Assembly: GCF_964194155.1 (NCBI RefSeq)
Contig: NC_135894.1
Span: forward strand, 434,001-498,000
Source of the DNA: Cetorhinus maximus
Lineage: Eukaryota
DNA length: 64,000 bases
Direction: 5' to 3'
Part shown: positions 12,560 to 24,979 of the stretch, one piece after another
Numbering within the stretch: the first letter of the stretch is position 1
Layout: every line of letters begins with the position of its first letter
Program-made: the position numbers and the translations under genes
The notes under the pieces: generated by a model
Databases searched by the model: none
The model's input: the letters and a program-made list of their open reading frames with translations, nothing else
Told to the model about the DNA's origin: nothing

Positions 12560-15490
12560 AAACAAAGGGGGCAAACTTAAAACCTTTGTACCTGAATGTT
12601 CTTAACATGTGGAATATTATTAATGAGTTTAAGTCGCAAACAGAGATAAATATGCGTCATTTGGTGGCAGTTACTGGGGCGTGGTTACAGGAAGAATAGT
12701 TTTGGGACTAGACTTTCCAAGGGTAGTCAGCGTTCCGGAAGGATATGCAGGATGGAAAAGGATGTGGTGTAGCTTTGGTCGTAAAGGAAGAGATCAGTGC
12801 TGTAGTGAGGAATGATATAGGCACTGGAGAGCAAAGTGTAGAGTCAGTCTTGTTAAGTGTAAGAAATAGCAAGGGAAAGAAGTCTCTTGAGGGAGTAATC
12901 TACAGGCCCCCTTAAAGTTGTTCACTGTAGGGCACATCATAAAGAATAATTACTGGGGCCGTGTATGATAGGCACTGCAAAAATCAAGCGTGATTTTAAC
13001 ATGAATATGAACTGGAATAATAATATAATTGGCAAGGGCAGCATTGAGGGAGAATTCCTAGAATGCATTAGTGATTATTTCTTGACGAAATATGTTGAGG
13101 AACGAGCCAGGGAGCAGGTTATTCTAGATTTGGCTTTGTTAAAATGATGAGATGTAATATTCACATTATAGCAAATGACCCGTAGGTAAGAGTGATCAAT
13201 ACAATCTGGGATTTCAAATTCTGTTTAAGAGCCAGAGACTCGAGTCCCATACTAGTTTCCTGGAGTTAAATAAAGGTAACTACACAGGCATGAGTGCAGA
13301 TTTAGCCCTAGTTAACCGAGCAGGAAGACTACACCTTAATACAGTTGATGGACACTGGCAGGTATTTATGGAGATATTCAATTCCTCTCAAGCGGATTAT
13401 ATTCCAAAGAGGGAGGAAGAAGGTAAGAGGGGAAAAACATCCATGGCAAAGGAAGGAAGTTAAATATAACACAAAGGCAAAAACAATGTTGTACCAACTT
13501 GCAAATTTCAGTGGCAGGTTCGAAGATTGGAAAACGTTTAAAGAATCAATAAAGGGTTGTAAAAAATTAATAAAAAGAGCAAAGGTCAATTATGAAGGAA
13601 AACTGGTGCAACTGTAAAAAATAATAGAAAAATGTTCGACAAGCATGTAAAGGGAAAGAGAGAACGTGAAGCGAATGCTGGTCGCATTGAGAATGAGACA
13701 AGAGAGTTAATAGTGAGGAACAAAGACATGGCAGAGACGCTCAATCAATACTTTGCCTCAGTTGTCACGGTGGTGGACACGCTTACCACACCAATATTAA
13801 GTGGTAGTGGACAGGGTATAGAGAAGGAGGATCTTAGTACAATCGCTATCATGAGAGAAAAAATATTGAGTATAGTGCAGAGATGAAAGGGTCAGAAGTC
13901 ACCAGGGCCTGATGGCCACACCCCAGGGTCTTAAAGGAAGTTTCAGCAGAGATGTTGGATGCATTGGATATAATATTCCAAAATTCCCTGGATTTTGGGA
14001 AAGGTTCCAGTGTATTGGAATAATGTTAATATAACGCCCTTTACTCAGTAGTTCGGTTTGGGGTTTGGGTGGTGTGAGGGGGAAAGCGGGGGCGGGGGTA
14101 AAGGCTGAAAGTAGGAAACTAGAGAACAGTTAGGCTAACGTCTATCATTGCGAAATTGTTCGATTCCATTATTACAGAAGCATTGAAGGGCAATCGGAAA
14201 TTCAAAAGGCAATCCATCAGGGTCAGCATGGTTCAATGAAGTGAATATCGTGTATGGCTAATTTGCCCGAAATTCTTTGAAAATATGACATAAGTGGATT
14301 ATTGGGATCCTATAGATATGGTATATCTTACTTCCAGGAGGTCGTTGTTAAGGTGCCACACAAATGAATAATACATAATATAAGATTTAGGTGTGACATG
14401 TTAGATGGATAGTAGATTGGCCAAGCAACAGAAAGCAGAGAGAAAGGCTAAATGGGGATTCTTCTGGATGGCAGGCTGTATCTAGTGGAGGTCCACAGAG
14501 CTCTGTCCATGGGCATAACTATTTGGAATCTATATTGATTATGTGGATACAGGGATAGAAGATACTCAAACTAAATTGCAGATGACAACCAAATTGGTGG
14601 AAAAGTAATGTGCAATGAAGAAATAAGAGATTTACTAATGAATACGGACAGGTTAAGTGAACGAGCCAAGAATTTGAAGATGGAGTTTAACTTGGATAAT
14701 TGTGAGGTTATCCATTTTGGTCGGAAGAAAGAAAAGGCGACCTATTATTTCAATGCAACGAAGCTTCAGATTTCGTCAGGCCAGAGGTTTCTGTGTGTTG
14801 TCGTGCATGAATCGCTTAAAAGCTAGTATTCAGATACAGCAGGTAATAAATAAGGAAAATGGAATTTTGGCAAATAATTGCTTAAGGAGCAGAGAGTAAG
14901 CATAGGGAAATGCAGCTGCACAAGGCATTGGTGAGACCGGACCTGGAGTATTGTGCACAGTTTTTGTCCCCTAACAACGATGAAGTTTGCATTGGAAATT
15001 GTTCACTGGATTGATCGCAGAGATGTGGGGCTTTTCTTAGGAGGCGAGGTTGAAAAGCTTAGGCCGACATTCGTTCGAGTTGAGAACGATTAGAGTAGAT
15101 CAAATTGATGTATCTAAGATGCTAAAACGGATAGAGAAAGTAGACGTGGAGCGGATGAATCCCCTTGTGGGACATTCTAGGGCGAGAGACAATTGATTTA
15201 GGCTATGGGGTGGTTGGTTTAAATCAGAGATGAGGAAGAATTACCCTTTTCAAAGGGTCATGAATTTGTGGAATTCACAACCTCAGATAGCAGTGGATGC
15301 CGGGGCGCTGCATAATTTTAAAGAGGGGATAACATGTTTTTCAATTAATAACGTGTTGATAGTTTATGGGGAGAGAGGGTGAAATTGGAGTTGAGGCCGA
15401 AATAAGATCAGCCATATGCGTAATGAATGGCGGGGCAGACTCGAGGGGTTGAAATAGTTAATGCTGCTCTAAGTTCTTATATGCTCATGT
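12560..15490 (+). mobile_element. CR1 LINE ORF2 (APE and RT), decayed with internal deletions
   Basis: LKPLYLN, GVIYRPP, GEFLECISDYFLTKYVEE, DMAETLNQYFASV, KSPGPDG, FNLDNCEVIHFGRK, LVRPDLEYC and a CR1 3' UTR. Confidence 0.92.
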
Positions 15491-15738
15491 ACTTATTAAG
15501 TGAACTGCAAGCCAAAACATTGTCGGAGTCAGGTCTCGGAATGTCTGAAATATTTGTGCACCTTACATTATTTATTACAAGTAATTTGAGAATTTATCAA
15601 ACATAGATTCTGTTACCTGTCACAGCCAGAATAAATGGTTTTTTTTAGCTTTTACTCGATAATATACAATAGTTTCAATTGATGGATGAGATGATTTTGC
15701 ATTCGAAGCATAATATTGTATCATATCTTTTGGATGAG

Positions 15739-16052
15739 AACACATACAGTTAAGTCTGTCAGACGGTGGAAGCCCATGTGCAGGACGAGTGGAGATTTAT
15801 TATAACGGTTCCTGGGGCTCAGTTTGTGATGATTCCTGGGATCTGATAGACGCTGATGTAGTTTGCAAACAGCTCCATTGCGGAAAGGCATTGGAAGTGA
15901 CATTGCATGCTTCTGGTGGATCAGGCTCATTTCCAGTTTGTCTGGAAGGCTTGGACTGTTCTGGGGAAGAATTGTATCTTTTGCAATGCCCCTCTGCGGA
16001 TTGGGGTTCCCATGACTGTACTCATAAAGAAGATGTGAAGATCCTGTCTTCA
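15739..16052 (+). pseudogene. SRCR domain exon 4 (donor out of phase)
   Basis: QLSLSDGGSPCAGRVEIYYNGSWGSVCDDSWDLIDADVVCKQLHCG...HDCTHKEDVKILSS. Ends TCA|gtaggg (phase 0, 314 nt), the last Cys is replaced by Ser, and the gag acceptor is weak. Confidence 0.9.
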
Positions 16053-16079
16053 GTAGGGGTGATCTCAAGGTGTGAAGTG

Positions 16080-16880
16080 CCATACAGAAGATATTTTACT
16101 GAATGGAGCAGAAGCAGCACATGCTCTGGCCATTCTGCTCAACGAGTTGTTCTGGTGCTTACTCTGCACATAAATCATACGTGACTTCAACTGGCCCTTT
16201 TTGTGTTCCCTTCTGATTTTTCTCCCTCGTGTCCTTTTCGAAAGTCACCTTAAACGCATCGGTACCATTCGCCCCAGCTGACGTGTGTGTTACAAGTTCC
16301 ACATTCTCCCCCTATCTGTGAAATAGAGGGGGGAAAAAACTCCTGAAAGACCAAATAGTTTTATTCACTACACTGTCATTTAGTTTTCGTATTACTCCCT
16401 CATAAATCCGCCATCTTATGTGACCAGCACTTTGCTTGTATGTATCATTTAATCTCTTATTTTCGAAGGGGAATAGCAGTTCTTGTTATCCGTCGTACAA
16501 AAAAATCATCCACTTAGCCTCATGAGTACTAATATTAATTCGCCATTAGCACGCCTATACTGTCTGACAAGAACGCCTCATTGTATTTTGTGGAGTCTTT
16601 GTTAGTATTAACTGCGCACAATAACACATGTTGCACATATACTTCAATTACCAAATCTAAATCCTTTATGTCAACCTGGCGCACCATTGATCCATAGCAG
16701 GAATCCATGTGCACACCGGGCCCTAACTTCTGCTATTCTATGTGACATGCTCTTTTGTAACGTGTTGACTGTAATTTTTTTACTGTCAAATTATTTTCAT
16801 ATTCCCTGGCTTCAGTCATAATTCTGCAATGTGGTAACCTTTTGGAAGCTTCTTTTGAATATCCATGCTGTGTAGATTAT
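16080..16880 (-). mobile_element. Old CR1 LINE 3' fragment
   Basis: Degenerate reverse CR1 3' end (ggccattc...acaagttccacattctc). Confidence 0.5.
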
Positions 16881-17042
16881 TATTTACACTATAATTTTAT
16901 TGCAGCTGTGTATCTATTACATTTCTGAAATAATTATCTTGATTCAGTGAACAAAACCGGTGCAACGAGTGTTGACGTGGCAGCGTTGACATGGAAACAT
17001 TTATCAATTGAAATATCTGGATATTTCTTCTTTCATTGATAG

Positions 17043-17360
17043 AGCACAAAGAGCTGCAGCCGGTGAATGGAAAGCATCGCAGTGAGGGGAGTTTGGAAGT
17101 GTTCTACAATGGACCCGGGGGAACAGTGTGCTCGGAAACACTGGGTCGCCAGGAAGCAGAAAAAAATTGTAAACAGTCAGGTTGCGGGCCCATCGTTTCT
17201 ATTGATTATGGCGCTCGGTCATTCGGAGCAGGAAACGGACAGATTTGGCTCGATGAGATCGAATGTATTTCTGACCTTTCGACACTTTGGCAGTGTAGGA
17301 CAGATACGTGGGGTAAACACAGGTGTTATCACAGTGCAGAGGCAGGTGTAGTTTGTTCAG
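17043..17360 (+). pseudogene. SRCR domain exon 5 (open but with conserved residues lost)
   Basis: HKELQPVNGKHRSEGSLEVFYNGPGGTVCSE...FGAGNGQIWLDEIEC...LWQC...WGKHRCYHSAEAGVVCS; tag| acceptor and G|gtaaaa donor; 318 nt. Confidence 0.92.
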
Positions 17361-17570
17361 GTAAAACAGCAAACCTCCTAATGTGCGCTTGTTATTGCAA
17401 TCATTGATGTCCAAATCAGTCAGCACGTTTCCGTTCTCAACAGGGGGAAACCCCACAGTTCAAAGAATTGCGTTTGAGAATCAGGTGATTGATCCGCTTT
17501 ATTATAGCAATTATCTGCCTTGTATCCCTGTATTTTCTCAGGAATAATAGTAATTCATTCTCTATGTCAG

Positions 17571-17900
17571 ATTCGCGACTAAGTTTCCACCTGGTTGGAG
17601 GTAACAGCAACTGCTCCGGGAGATTGGAGATATTGTGCAAAAACCCGAGAGGCACGGTTTGTGATGACTCATGGGATATGGCCGATGCCAATGTTGTCTG
17701 CAGAAAGCTGCATTGTGGTTCTGCTCTATTGGCCACAGTGGGGGGTGGGGGGGGATGCGCTTTTTGACAAGGTGGAGGTGATATCTGGTTTGATGAGGAG
17801 AAGTGCACTGGAAGTGAATTATTTCTCTTCGATTGTCCGTTCTCAGCTTCAGCTCAAACTAACTGTGACCACAAGGAAGACGCCAGTGTCGTTTGCTCCG
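17571..17900 (+). pseudogene. SRCR domain exon 6 (in-frame stop)
   Basis: [16 protein letters not shown]...[23 protein letters not shown]...AF*QGGGDIWFDEEKCTGSE...NCDHKEDASVVCS. TGA at 17765-17767, expanded G-run, G|gtaaag donor. Confidence 0.92.
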
Positions 17901-18048
17901 GTAAAGGTAGTGCAGAACGGTGGTGGGTGGCCTAGTGTCGTGTCTGTCGGTCAGTGTTCGCTCAATATGACTCATTAATTCGTAAATTAAGGACAGCAGA
18001 TGTCTTCCTAAATTGAAACCCTGTCGTTTTTGTTCAAATATCCCATAG

Positions 18049-18090
18049 GTCCTGAATTGTCGTCGAATGCTTCACCGTCTACACACCCAA
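18049..18090 (+). pseudogene. Pro/Ser-rich stalk exon (GPELSSNASPSTHP)
   Basis: catag| acceptor, A|gtattt donor, 42 nt phase 1-1, located between the last SRCR exon and the TM exon. Confidence 0.65.
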
Positions 18091-18273
18091 GTATTTCTTA
18101 TTAATAAGTGGTATTCCTGTCAAGTTTAATGTTCTTAATAGTTTGATAATATTGTCAGTCTCTTGGTTTTGGTAAATTTCTGATGTTAACCTGAATGTTT
18201 CAGAAAAAAGAACCATTTATAAATATAAGGCATTATCTGTCTCGGTTGAGTCTTTCCTTAACATTTTATTAAG

Positions 18274-18390
18274 GTGATGCACAGGAGAACACTTCCATCC
18301 CTATTGTGATCGGTATGACACTCGGAGTCCTGTTGTTCTGTGAATTCATCACACTAACGGTGCTAATTTGGCGAAAGTCATCAATATAAC
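18274..18390 (+). pseudogene. Transmembrane exon (GDAQENTSIPIVIGMTLGVLLFCEFITLTVLIWRKSSI*)
   Basis: About 24-aa hydrophobic helix followed by an RK stop-transfer motif; aag| acceptor and C|gtaaca donor; 117 nt; TAA just before the donor. Confidence 0.82.
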
Positions 18391-18469
18391 GTAACACTCA
18401 AATATTATCTTTGACTTCACACTAAATCTCGGAAATTGTTTCTTGTTTAAAATTAAATTAATTAATGAG

Positions 18470-19550
18470 ATTGAGCCTCACTGACAGCCCAGCATTGATT
18501 TCACATCCACAATTGCCCTTGAGAAAGCGGTGCTGAGCTGCCTCCTTGAACAGTTGCACTCCATGTCATGCAGGCACACCCACAGTGTTGTTAGGGAGGG
18601 AGTTTAACAGTTTTGGCACAGCGACCGTGCAGGAACGGTGAGATATATCCAAGTAAGAATGGTGAGCGGCTTTGATGTGAACTTCCACGAGGTGGTGTTC
18701 CCACGTGCCTGCTTCCCTTGTCCTTCGGCATTGCAGTTGACATGGGTTTGGAAGGTGATGTCGAAGTAGCCTTGCTGAATTCATGAAGCCTATCTTGTAA
18801 ATGGTACCCATTGCTGCCATTGAGTGCCAGCAATGGAGGGAGTGAAAGCTTGTTCATGGGGTGACAATAAAACCGCAGGGTCTGTACTGAACTGTGGCAA
18901 ACTTCATGAGTGCTTTGGAACTGCACTCAAAGAGTCAATTTGCAGAGTGTTCCATCACACTCGTGACTTGTCCCTTGCAGATGTTGTAAAGACGATGGGG
19001 AGTCAGGAGTTGAGTTATTTCCGACGGATTCCCAGCCTCGAACATGCTGTTGCCGCCTACGTATTTATATGCGAGTTCCAGTTCCATTTCTGGTCATTGG
19101 CAACCCCCAGGATGTTGATAGTGGGGGATTCCGCGATGGCAAATCCATTTCAAGAGCCTGCAGGTAGCTTCTCTCACTTTGGAGATGATTATTCCCTGAC
19201 ACTTGTGTGTTACTCGCCACTTTGCACCTTAAGCCTGGATATTGACTAAGTCAGGCTGCATGTGGACATGGTCTGCTTCAGTATCTGAGGAGTCGGGACT
19301 GATGCTGAGCATTATGCAGTCATCAGCGAACATCCCCACTTCTGGCATTTTGATGTAGAGATGACAATTGGTGAAGCAGATGAAGCTGGCTGCGCCTAGG
19401 ACGTTAATCCTCTGGTGATTTCCAAGGACAAAGATAATTGATCTCCAACAACCGCAACCGCCCTGCATTGTGCTTGCTCTGACTCCAACCAGCAGCGATT
19501 TCCTCCCTGACATCTATTGGCTCCAGTTTTGCTAAGGCATCTTCATGCCA
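18470..19550 (-). mobile_element. LINE family B RT and 3' end
   Basis: Minus-strand ORF reads EVGMFADDCIMLSISPDSSDTEADHVHMQPDLVNIQA (RT FADD motif); 3' tail at about 18480-18540. Confidence 0.88.
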
Positions 19551-19599
19551 CTTATCTTGGATAAGTTCACTTTATTGCCCTATTCCATTAATCGCCACT

Positions 19600-20190
19600 T
19601 GTCCTTGATAGAAACGAAAGTTAGTCGGGTTTTATCCACTATTCTATTTGAAAGCACTCGCCGAAACAGTGAAATGTGAAATTTAATCGAAGAGTAACTT
19701 GATTATCCACATTTGCGTTCCTATTTGATCCACCGCTGCTGCGAGTCCAGGTTAATTTCATTGTTGTGTCAATGGAACAAAAGTTTAACTGAAGCTTTTT
19801 CGACTTAGTGCCGAGTTCCTCTGTAACCACAAGTCGTCTAAATCAAATCAGTATCTGTTCCGCTAATTCCGTTTCTGTGCCCGGACACCCGATCTCGAGC
19901 TCCCTAACCATAATCGTTCCACGATTTGATTCGTCATGATTTGATGGTAATCTCGATATCCTCTTACGATAACTATACTTCCGTTCATAACTAACCGCTC
20001 AGATCTGAGTATCCACCACACTCCTGTTCTATGTCACAGCAAAATACTATAATGCTTGGTGTGTTATGTAAAATATTCACGACCTCCACTATCGTGCTTC
20101 CAACCTGGTGCGGACAGGAGTTTGAGTCATTTTTCTTCCAGCTTCTCTTCAGCTGTAATCCCCATGAGCATTACGACCGAATCATCATAT
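19600..20190 (+). mobile_element. Possible very old L2 RT C-terminal fragment
   Basis: Weak resemblance to the L2 ETLIHAFVTSRLDY region near 20000-20060. Confidence 0.3.
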
Positions 20191-20382
20191 GGAATTAATT
20201 TATCCTGAAAAAGCCCTCGTTTGTTTTTTCAATTATATTGGGCCACCGTCTGGTGGAGTTGAACAAGTTTCCATGCAGCCTCGCATACACACATACACAT
20301 ATTCACTCCAGAGACGCACATTCACTCTATCTCCCTCTCTCTATATATTTTGTCTTTCACTCTCTCTCGCTATCACTCTTTC

Positions 20383-20383
20383 T

Positions 20384-20414
<31 letters not shown>

Positions 20415-20425
20415 ACACACACACA
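20383..20425. repeat. (CA)n microsatellite with adjacent (CT)-rich sequence
   Basis: Seen directly in the sequence. Confidence 0.95.
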
Positions 20426-20608
20426 TGCAGACACGCAAATGTGCTCTCTCGTAAAAATGCACGTATTAACAAAAATTCCTTCACATCCTAATTCTCTGGC
20501 TTTCTCCATTGATTGTAACCATCTGTCATGTGTACTTATTCGCTAATGTTTTGTGATTAAGCTAGGGTAAATTGCAACATGTTCAACCCTCCGCCTTCTC
20601 TCCATCAG

Positions 20609-20716
20609 GTCTTGTCACTGGTGGTTGCGATTCAACGACTGATTTGTACCAAGCAATTTATGAAGAAATTGAGGATGTTCCGCCTGTTAATGATTCCGCT
20701 ATGACCCGTGGCTCAG
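20609..20716 (+). pseudogene. Cytoplasmic exon 1 (GLVTGGCDSTTDLYQAIYEEIEDVPPVNDSAMTRGS)
   Basis: catcag| acceptor and G|gttcgt donor, 108 nt open; AIYEEI resembles the YEE(L/I) tail motif of WC1/SCART receptors. Confidence 0.78.
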
Positions 20717-20999
20717 GTTCGTATTTTCCATAGCAAAGCCAATCCGGACTGGACAACATCCATTTATTTTTACCCCCTTTATAAGTCAGTGCAATTACTT
20801 GGCGCGACTGGCATTCCATTCACTTTCCTCCTGTGAAGGTGTCCTATTCCAGTCTCCATCTGTTACGTGCGAAGAGTAAAGAGCTTTTCCAAATTCCCAA
20901 TGGTCTGCGTTGCTCAAAGAATGCTTTGCTGCTTGGTGGAAAAACAGGAGCAAAAACGTTATTTCCAAATTCGCACGGGGCTGCACACCCCCTCCCTTA

Positions 21000-23440
21000 G
21001 ACATTTGATCGAATTGAGTATACACAGAGCGGAACATCGAAAGACAATACAATCCACTCACAACAATTCTGATGGTCAAAAGGGCGCCTAACCTCAGAGG
21101 CAGAGAATGGCATTAGGGAATTATTCATACAGCACGATGCAAATATATAATGGGGAAAAAACACATTCAAAGTATTTTCAACCGAACCCAAAGAAATAGA
21201 TTTCAATAAATTACAATAACATGTTAAACACTGGGGCAAACCATTGATGAGAACAGCATACTGAAAAAAAAATGATAAGTTTAAGCAGAAATACAATTGC
21301 GTAAATTGGAATGTTGGCAAAGCAGGGCAGGGGAGAATATGGCGAAAGGCGACATATGCAATAACGATGATTAAAAAGGGGGAATAAATGGTATGATCGT
21401 GGATCGTTGACCAAAATTGTACAATACCTTACAGGCACATCAGAGGGCAGGTCAGAATGACATGAACATGTTTCTGTAAGGAAACGAATCAATTAAAAGC
21501 CAACATTCATGTAATAACAGAAATATATAAGAAGCACTTTGCCTTAGTATTTGCCATTGGTAAAACATAAGATGGCATGTCTTTGGAAAATTAGAATCGG
21601 AGTGATATAGTTACATTTAAAATAATTTAAATGAACAGATACAAAATCTCATGGAACTCATATGACAAAAGCTCTTGTCAGATCATTTTACAGCCATTCA
21701 TTTTAAAATGATCAAATGAGGTAGCAGATGCAAAATTAGAATAATTAACCAATTGATTTCAAGCGTATCTCGTGCCAGGGTCCTGGTGGGTAACGTAAAT
21801 TTATGCTCAATTAATTCGGGAGAAGGAAAATGTCCAGGGGTGAAAGATCAGTCATCTAAGTATTGGTGGGAGAAACACTAATTAAATTCCCATCGTGGTG
21901 GAAAAGGGAACATTTACAACTCAAACAAGATAGGGTGCATCCAGACCCCCCCAGAAAAAATCACAACGGGACTTATAACATATCTAACCTCTTAAAAATC
22001 TTCATAAAGGCAACGGATTACATCAGGGCCACAGCGAAGCATACATTTTCTTGTTATTTTAAGCATTTCTGGGAAATTTCCACTTAATATATCAATGGAT
22101 AAGGCCAATGCAAACCTTTCAGCTCTTGCCCAGTGGTGGTCAGAAATGCCCCTAAGCAGATATTTCCGGGGTTCGAGTTCCATTCCAGAATATAAACAGA
22201 AACATCAAGCTGACACTCTCGTGCAGAACTGAGTGGATGATGCCCTCGTGGCAGTGCCACCTTTTAGGCTATTTGATTAGGCGGTGACCAGCGTGCCTCT
22301 TCCTTGGGGATAAAAAAATACCCGTTGATAATGCTGAAGAAGGCTTGAGTGTTGCCATTGGTTAAATGAAAAATATGTATCCTTTGAGAAAAGTCACAAC
22401 AATAAATTATCTACTTAATATCACAAAGCTGTGATGTCCCGTAGAAGATTGATGTGTACAAAGTGATTGCTGCATTGCCCATATTTCACGAATGACGATA
22501 CATCACAAGTTCCTCATTGGCTTCCAAGTGCTTTGGACACCTGGTGATCATGACAAGCGCTGTATGCTCGTATTCATTTCATTTGCATGGAGTCAAGTGA
22601 CACATACGGAATTTGGCAGACAGCTGACCAATAAGAGGGAAAACAGAGTATGGGATGCTGGTTAGATATTTGGAGTGTTGAATGTGGGAAGGGGTTTTCA
22701 ACATGCATCCCTGCTGGGATCACAGTTGTTCAATCTTTATCTGAACGACTTAGACGTTGGAATTAGACCTTTTTTCCCAAATTTAAAGTTTGACCAAGTT
22801 TCGGTTGGCTGGGAAGTGGTGAATGGAATCTAAATACAGCCAAACATAAACTTACTTGAATAGGCATATGATTGGCAAATGCATCTCCACCTCAGTGATT
22901 ATGGGGAATTACATTTTTGTATGTCAAATAAGAGTGTAATTTGCCATTTGTACCAATGAAACGAAATGAAGGAGTAAAGAAGTGGGACGCAGGAGCTCAG
23001 GGAAACAAACAAAAAAAAAGCAAAAAAATCGATGCAGAATGATGTGGCTGTAAAAAGCCGAACAACGCATAATACCTTAGTCCTGGATAGATAGGCTTAA
23101 AAAAACAAAATTATTCTGGTGATGCTCGATCGAACATTAGTGAGAGGACACTTGGAGTATAGTTTACGCTCCTGCTCAAAATATTGTTAAAAGATGTATC
23201 AGAGTGGCAGATAGGCTCAAAAACTTTCCAAGGGCGGTAACCATGTTTAGAAGTGAACATTATCCAAAGATTGGGAACAGAAATGAAAAGAGATGGTCTG
23301 TTGACCCCTATTTTGGATCAATAGACTATGGGTTCCTTTCTCTACAATCCCTTGGGGAGGATTTAAGGTCTCTGAAAATGAGAATTCGGGGTTGGTGGGG
23401 AGGGAAAGCGATTGTGGATCAGGAATCTGCGCTCACTGAA
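21000..23440 (+). mobile_element. Old CR1 LINE ORF2 remnant interrupted by a SINE
   Basis: Degenerate motifs such as YKKHFALVF, LLGSQLFNLYLNDLD and LVRGHLEY. Confidence 0.6.
22121..22585 (+). mobile_element. Deu-domain SINE with tRNA-derived head, nested in the old CR1
   Basis: A-box-like gcccagtggt, B-box ggttcgagttcc at about 22170, Deu-like core gctgacactctcgtgcagaactgagtgga, and a tail cattggct..aagtgctttggaca. Confidence 0.7.
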
Positions 23441-23735
23441 TAATTGTTTCCTATATTTCCTTCTCAGGAACGTGAATAACATTTACTTTCCATCCCTTAG
23501 TGCCCTAATAAACTGATTCTGGTAATTGCCCTTGAAACATTGCTGTCCATCTGGCGAAAGTTATGGCAAAATGGCGCAGGGGAACACATTCCAGGACATT
23601 GCTCCTTGGGCAATTAATCATGGTGATCTCTATTCCGATGGGCTGAATCTTTCTGGAAAGTGAAAACACTGAAATCGCTCAGAAAATTGCACTATGAAGC
23701 AACGTTTTTTTTTTTCCCTCCCCTCTCTTTAACAG

Positions 23736-23845
23736 GTTCTGCTTCCACTGGCTCCTACAATAAGATCGAATATTCCACCCAAAAAGTTTGGATGAGAAAG
23801 AACCTGGATCGGCAATTCAATAAAGGAGCTCCTCCAACATCCAGG
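23736..23845 (+). pseudogene. Cytoplasmic exon 2 (GSASTGSYNKIEYST..., frameshifted)
   Basis: Very strong polypyrimidine tract with aacag| acceptor; CAGG|gtgggc donor; 110 nt, one short of 111. Confidence 0.6.
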
Positions 23846-24345
23846 GTGGGCAAAATTTTAGTTCCTGCCATCCTTAACACTCAGTGCTATCTTCAACAGA
23901 AGTTTAAGTATGAAGAAAAACACTTACAACATTAATTTCTCAGGCAAGGAACTCAGGAATTACAGAATGATTTTAGTAACAAAACCATGTAAAATACTTT
24001 CAGGCTGAAGCAATGCCATGCGATTGCACTCAGTAATATTAATTAGTGAAATATACATCTGTTCATTAGTTTCATCACAAGCCCCAATATGCTGCGAATT
24101 ATTCAATGCACATAAAATGGTCGGATCACTGATTTTGTGAGACTCGTGAGTTCAAAATTATAAGCAAAAATACCGTGCCGCGAATTGTTCCAGTATTTCT
24201 CCACCCTCTGATCTCCATTCACCTGTACCGGCAATGGAACGGCTTTCCTGCTCTCGAATTCTTTGGTTGATTAAAATGCATAAACACCATTCCAAATATT
24301 CATTGTTAGCAATTAAATTCAATGGAACTCATTTGTTACTCCCAG

Positions 24346-24453
24346 CTCACGGCGATTACGACGATGTTCAGACTATAAGCAGCGGATCTGAGGGCTGTCA
24401 CTCGCTTCTGTACCGTGGTCATAATGATCTCTTCGCTATGGGAAGTGACGGCG
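24346..24453 (+). pseudogene. Cytoplasmic exon 3 (HGDYDDVQTISSGSEGCHSLLYRGHNDLFAMGSDG)
   Basis: cccag| acceptor; DYDDV tyrosine motif typical of WC1/SCART-type tails; the donor (gtcatc) is weak, so the 3' boundary is uncertain. Confidence 0.62.
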
Positions 24454-24979
24454 GTCATCTCTGTACTTTGCGTGATATATAACTTCATTTATCTACTCAG
24501 CCTGTCGTTCTAGATTGTTGGTGACTTTTTTTCTCCCATCTTAGATCGGTTCTGAAATGCGTGATTGCGCAATGGATCGACTGCAGATAATGTCACAGCT
24601 GGAACACACGCTGCTTAGAGGGTTGGGTAGACAATCTCTCCAGAGGGTTTTGCGCTACAGCCAGCCTCTCTAATTGCTATATGCACGTTTGTGTTTGGTG
24701 GGACGTGGCATACCATGGGTCTGAAATAAGTCGAGGGATAAGTTTGGTCTCTTCAGGGATGAGTTAGAGACAATCCTAAATTTTTTCACATTCTCTTCCT
24801 GAGAAAATTCTACGTCCTAGTACTACTGCCACTGTGTTCCAAGTACATTGTTAGTTCTCCTTCACTCATCCACCCACATGCACGGAATTTATTTGATCTG
24901 TTTTAAATTTCAATCATATGTTCTCATGCAAAATGCATTGTGAGATGTATGCTTCTGTTGAGGTTACAGGGCGTTATTT

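Larger units (their letters stand above)
1442..24453 (+). pseudogene. Group-B SRCR type I membrane receptor pseudogene (CD163/WC1/SCART/DMBT1-like): leader, 63-nt exon, 6 SRCR exons, stalk, TM and at least 3 cytoplasmic exons
   Basis: Ordered series of AG/GT-bounded, phase-1 exons encoding a signal peptide, six SRCR domains (GRVE..WGTVCDD.W...A.VVCRQLGCG...C.G.E..L..C...V.CS), a TM helix and YEEI/YDDV tail motifs. Frameshifts or stops occur in SRCR1, 2, 4 and 6, the TM exon and cytoplasmic exon 2. Confidence 0.88.

Noticed and set aside
22125-22200. tRNA gene suggested by the B-box ggttcgagttcc
   Set aside because: No cloverleaf; it is the decayed head of a Deu-domain SINE.
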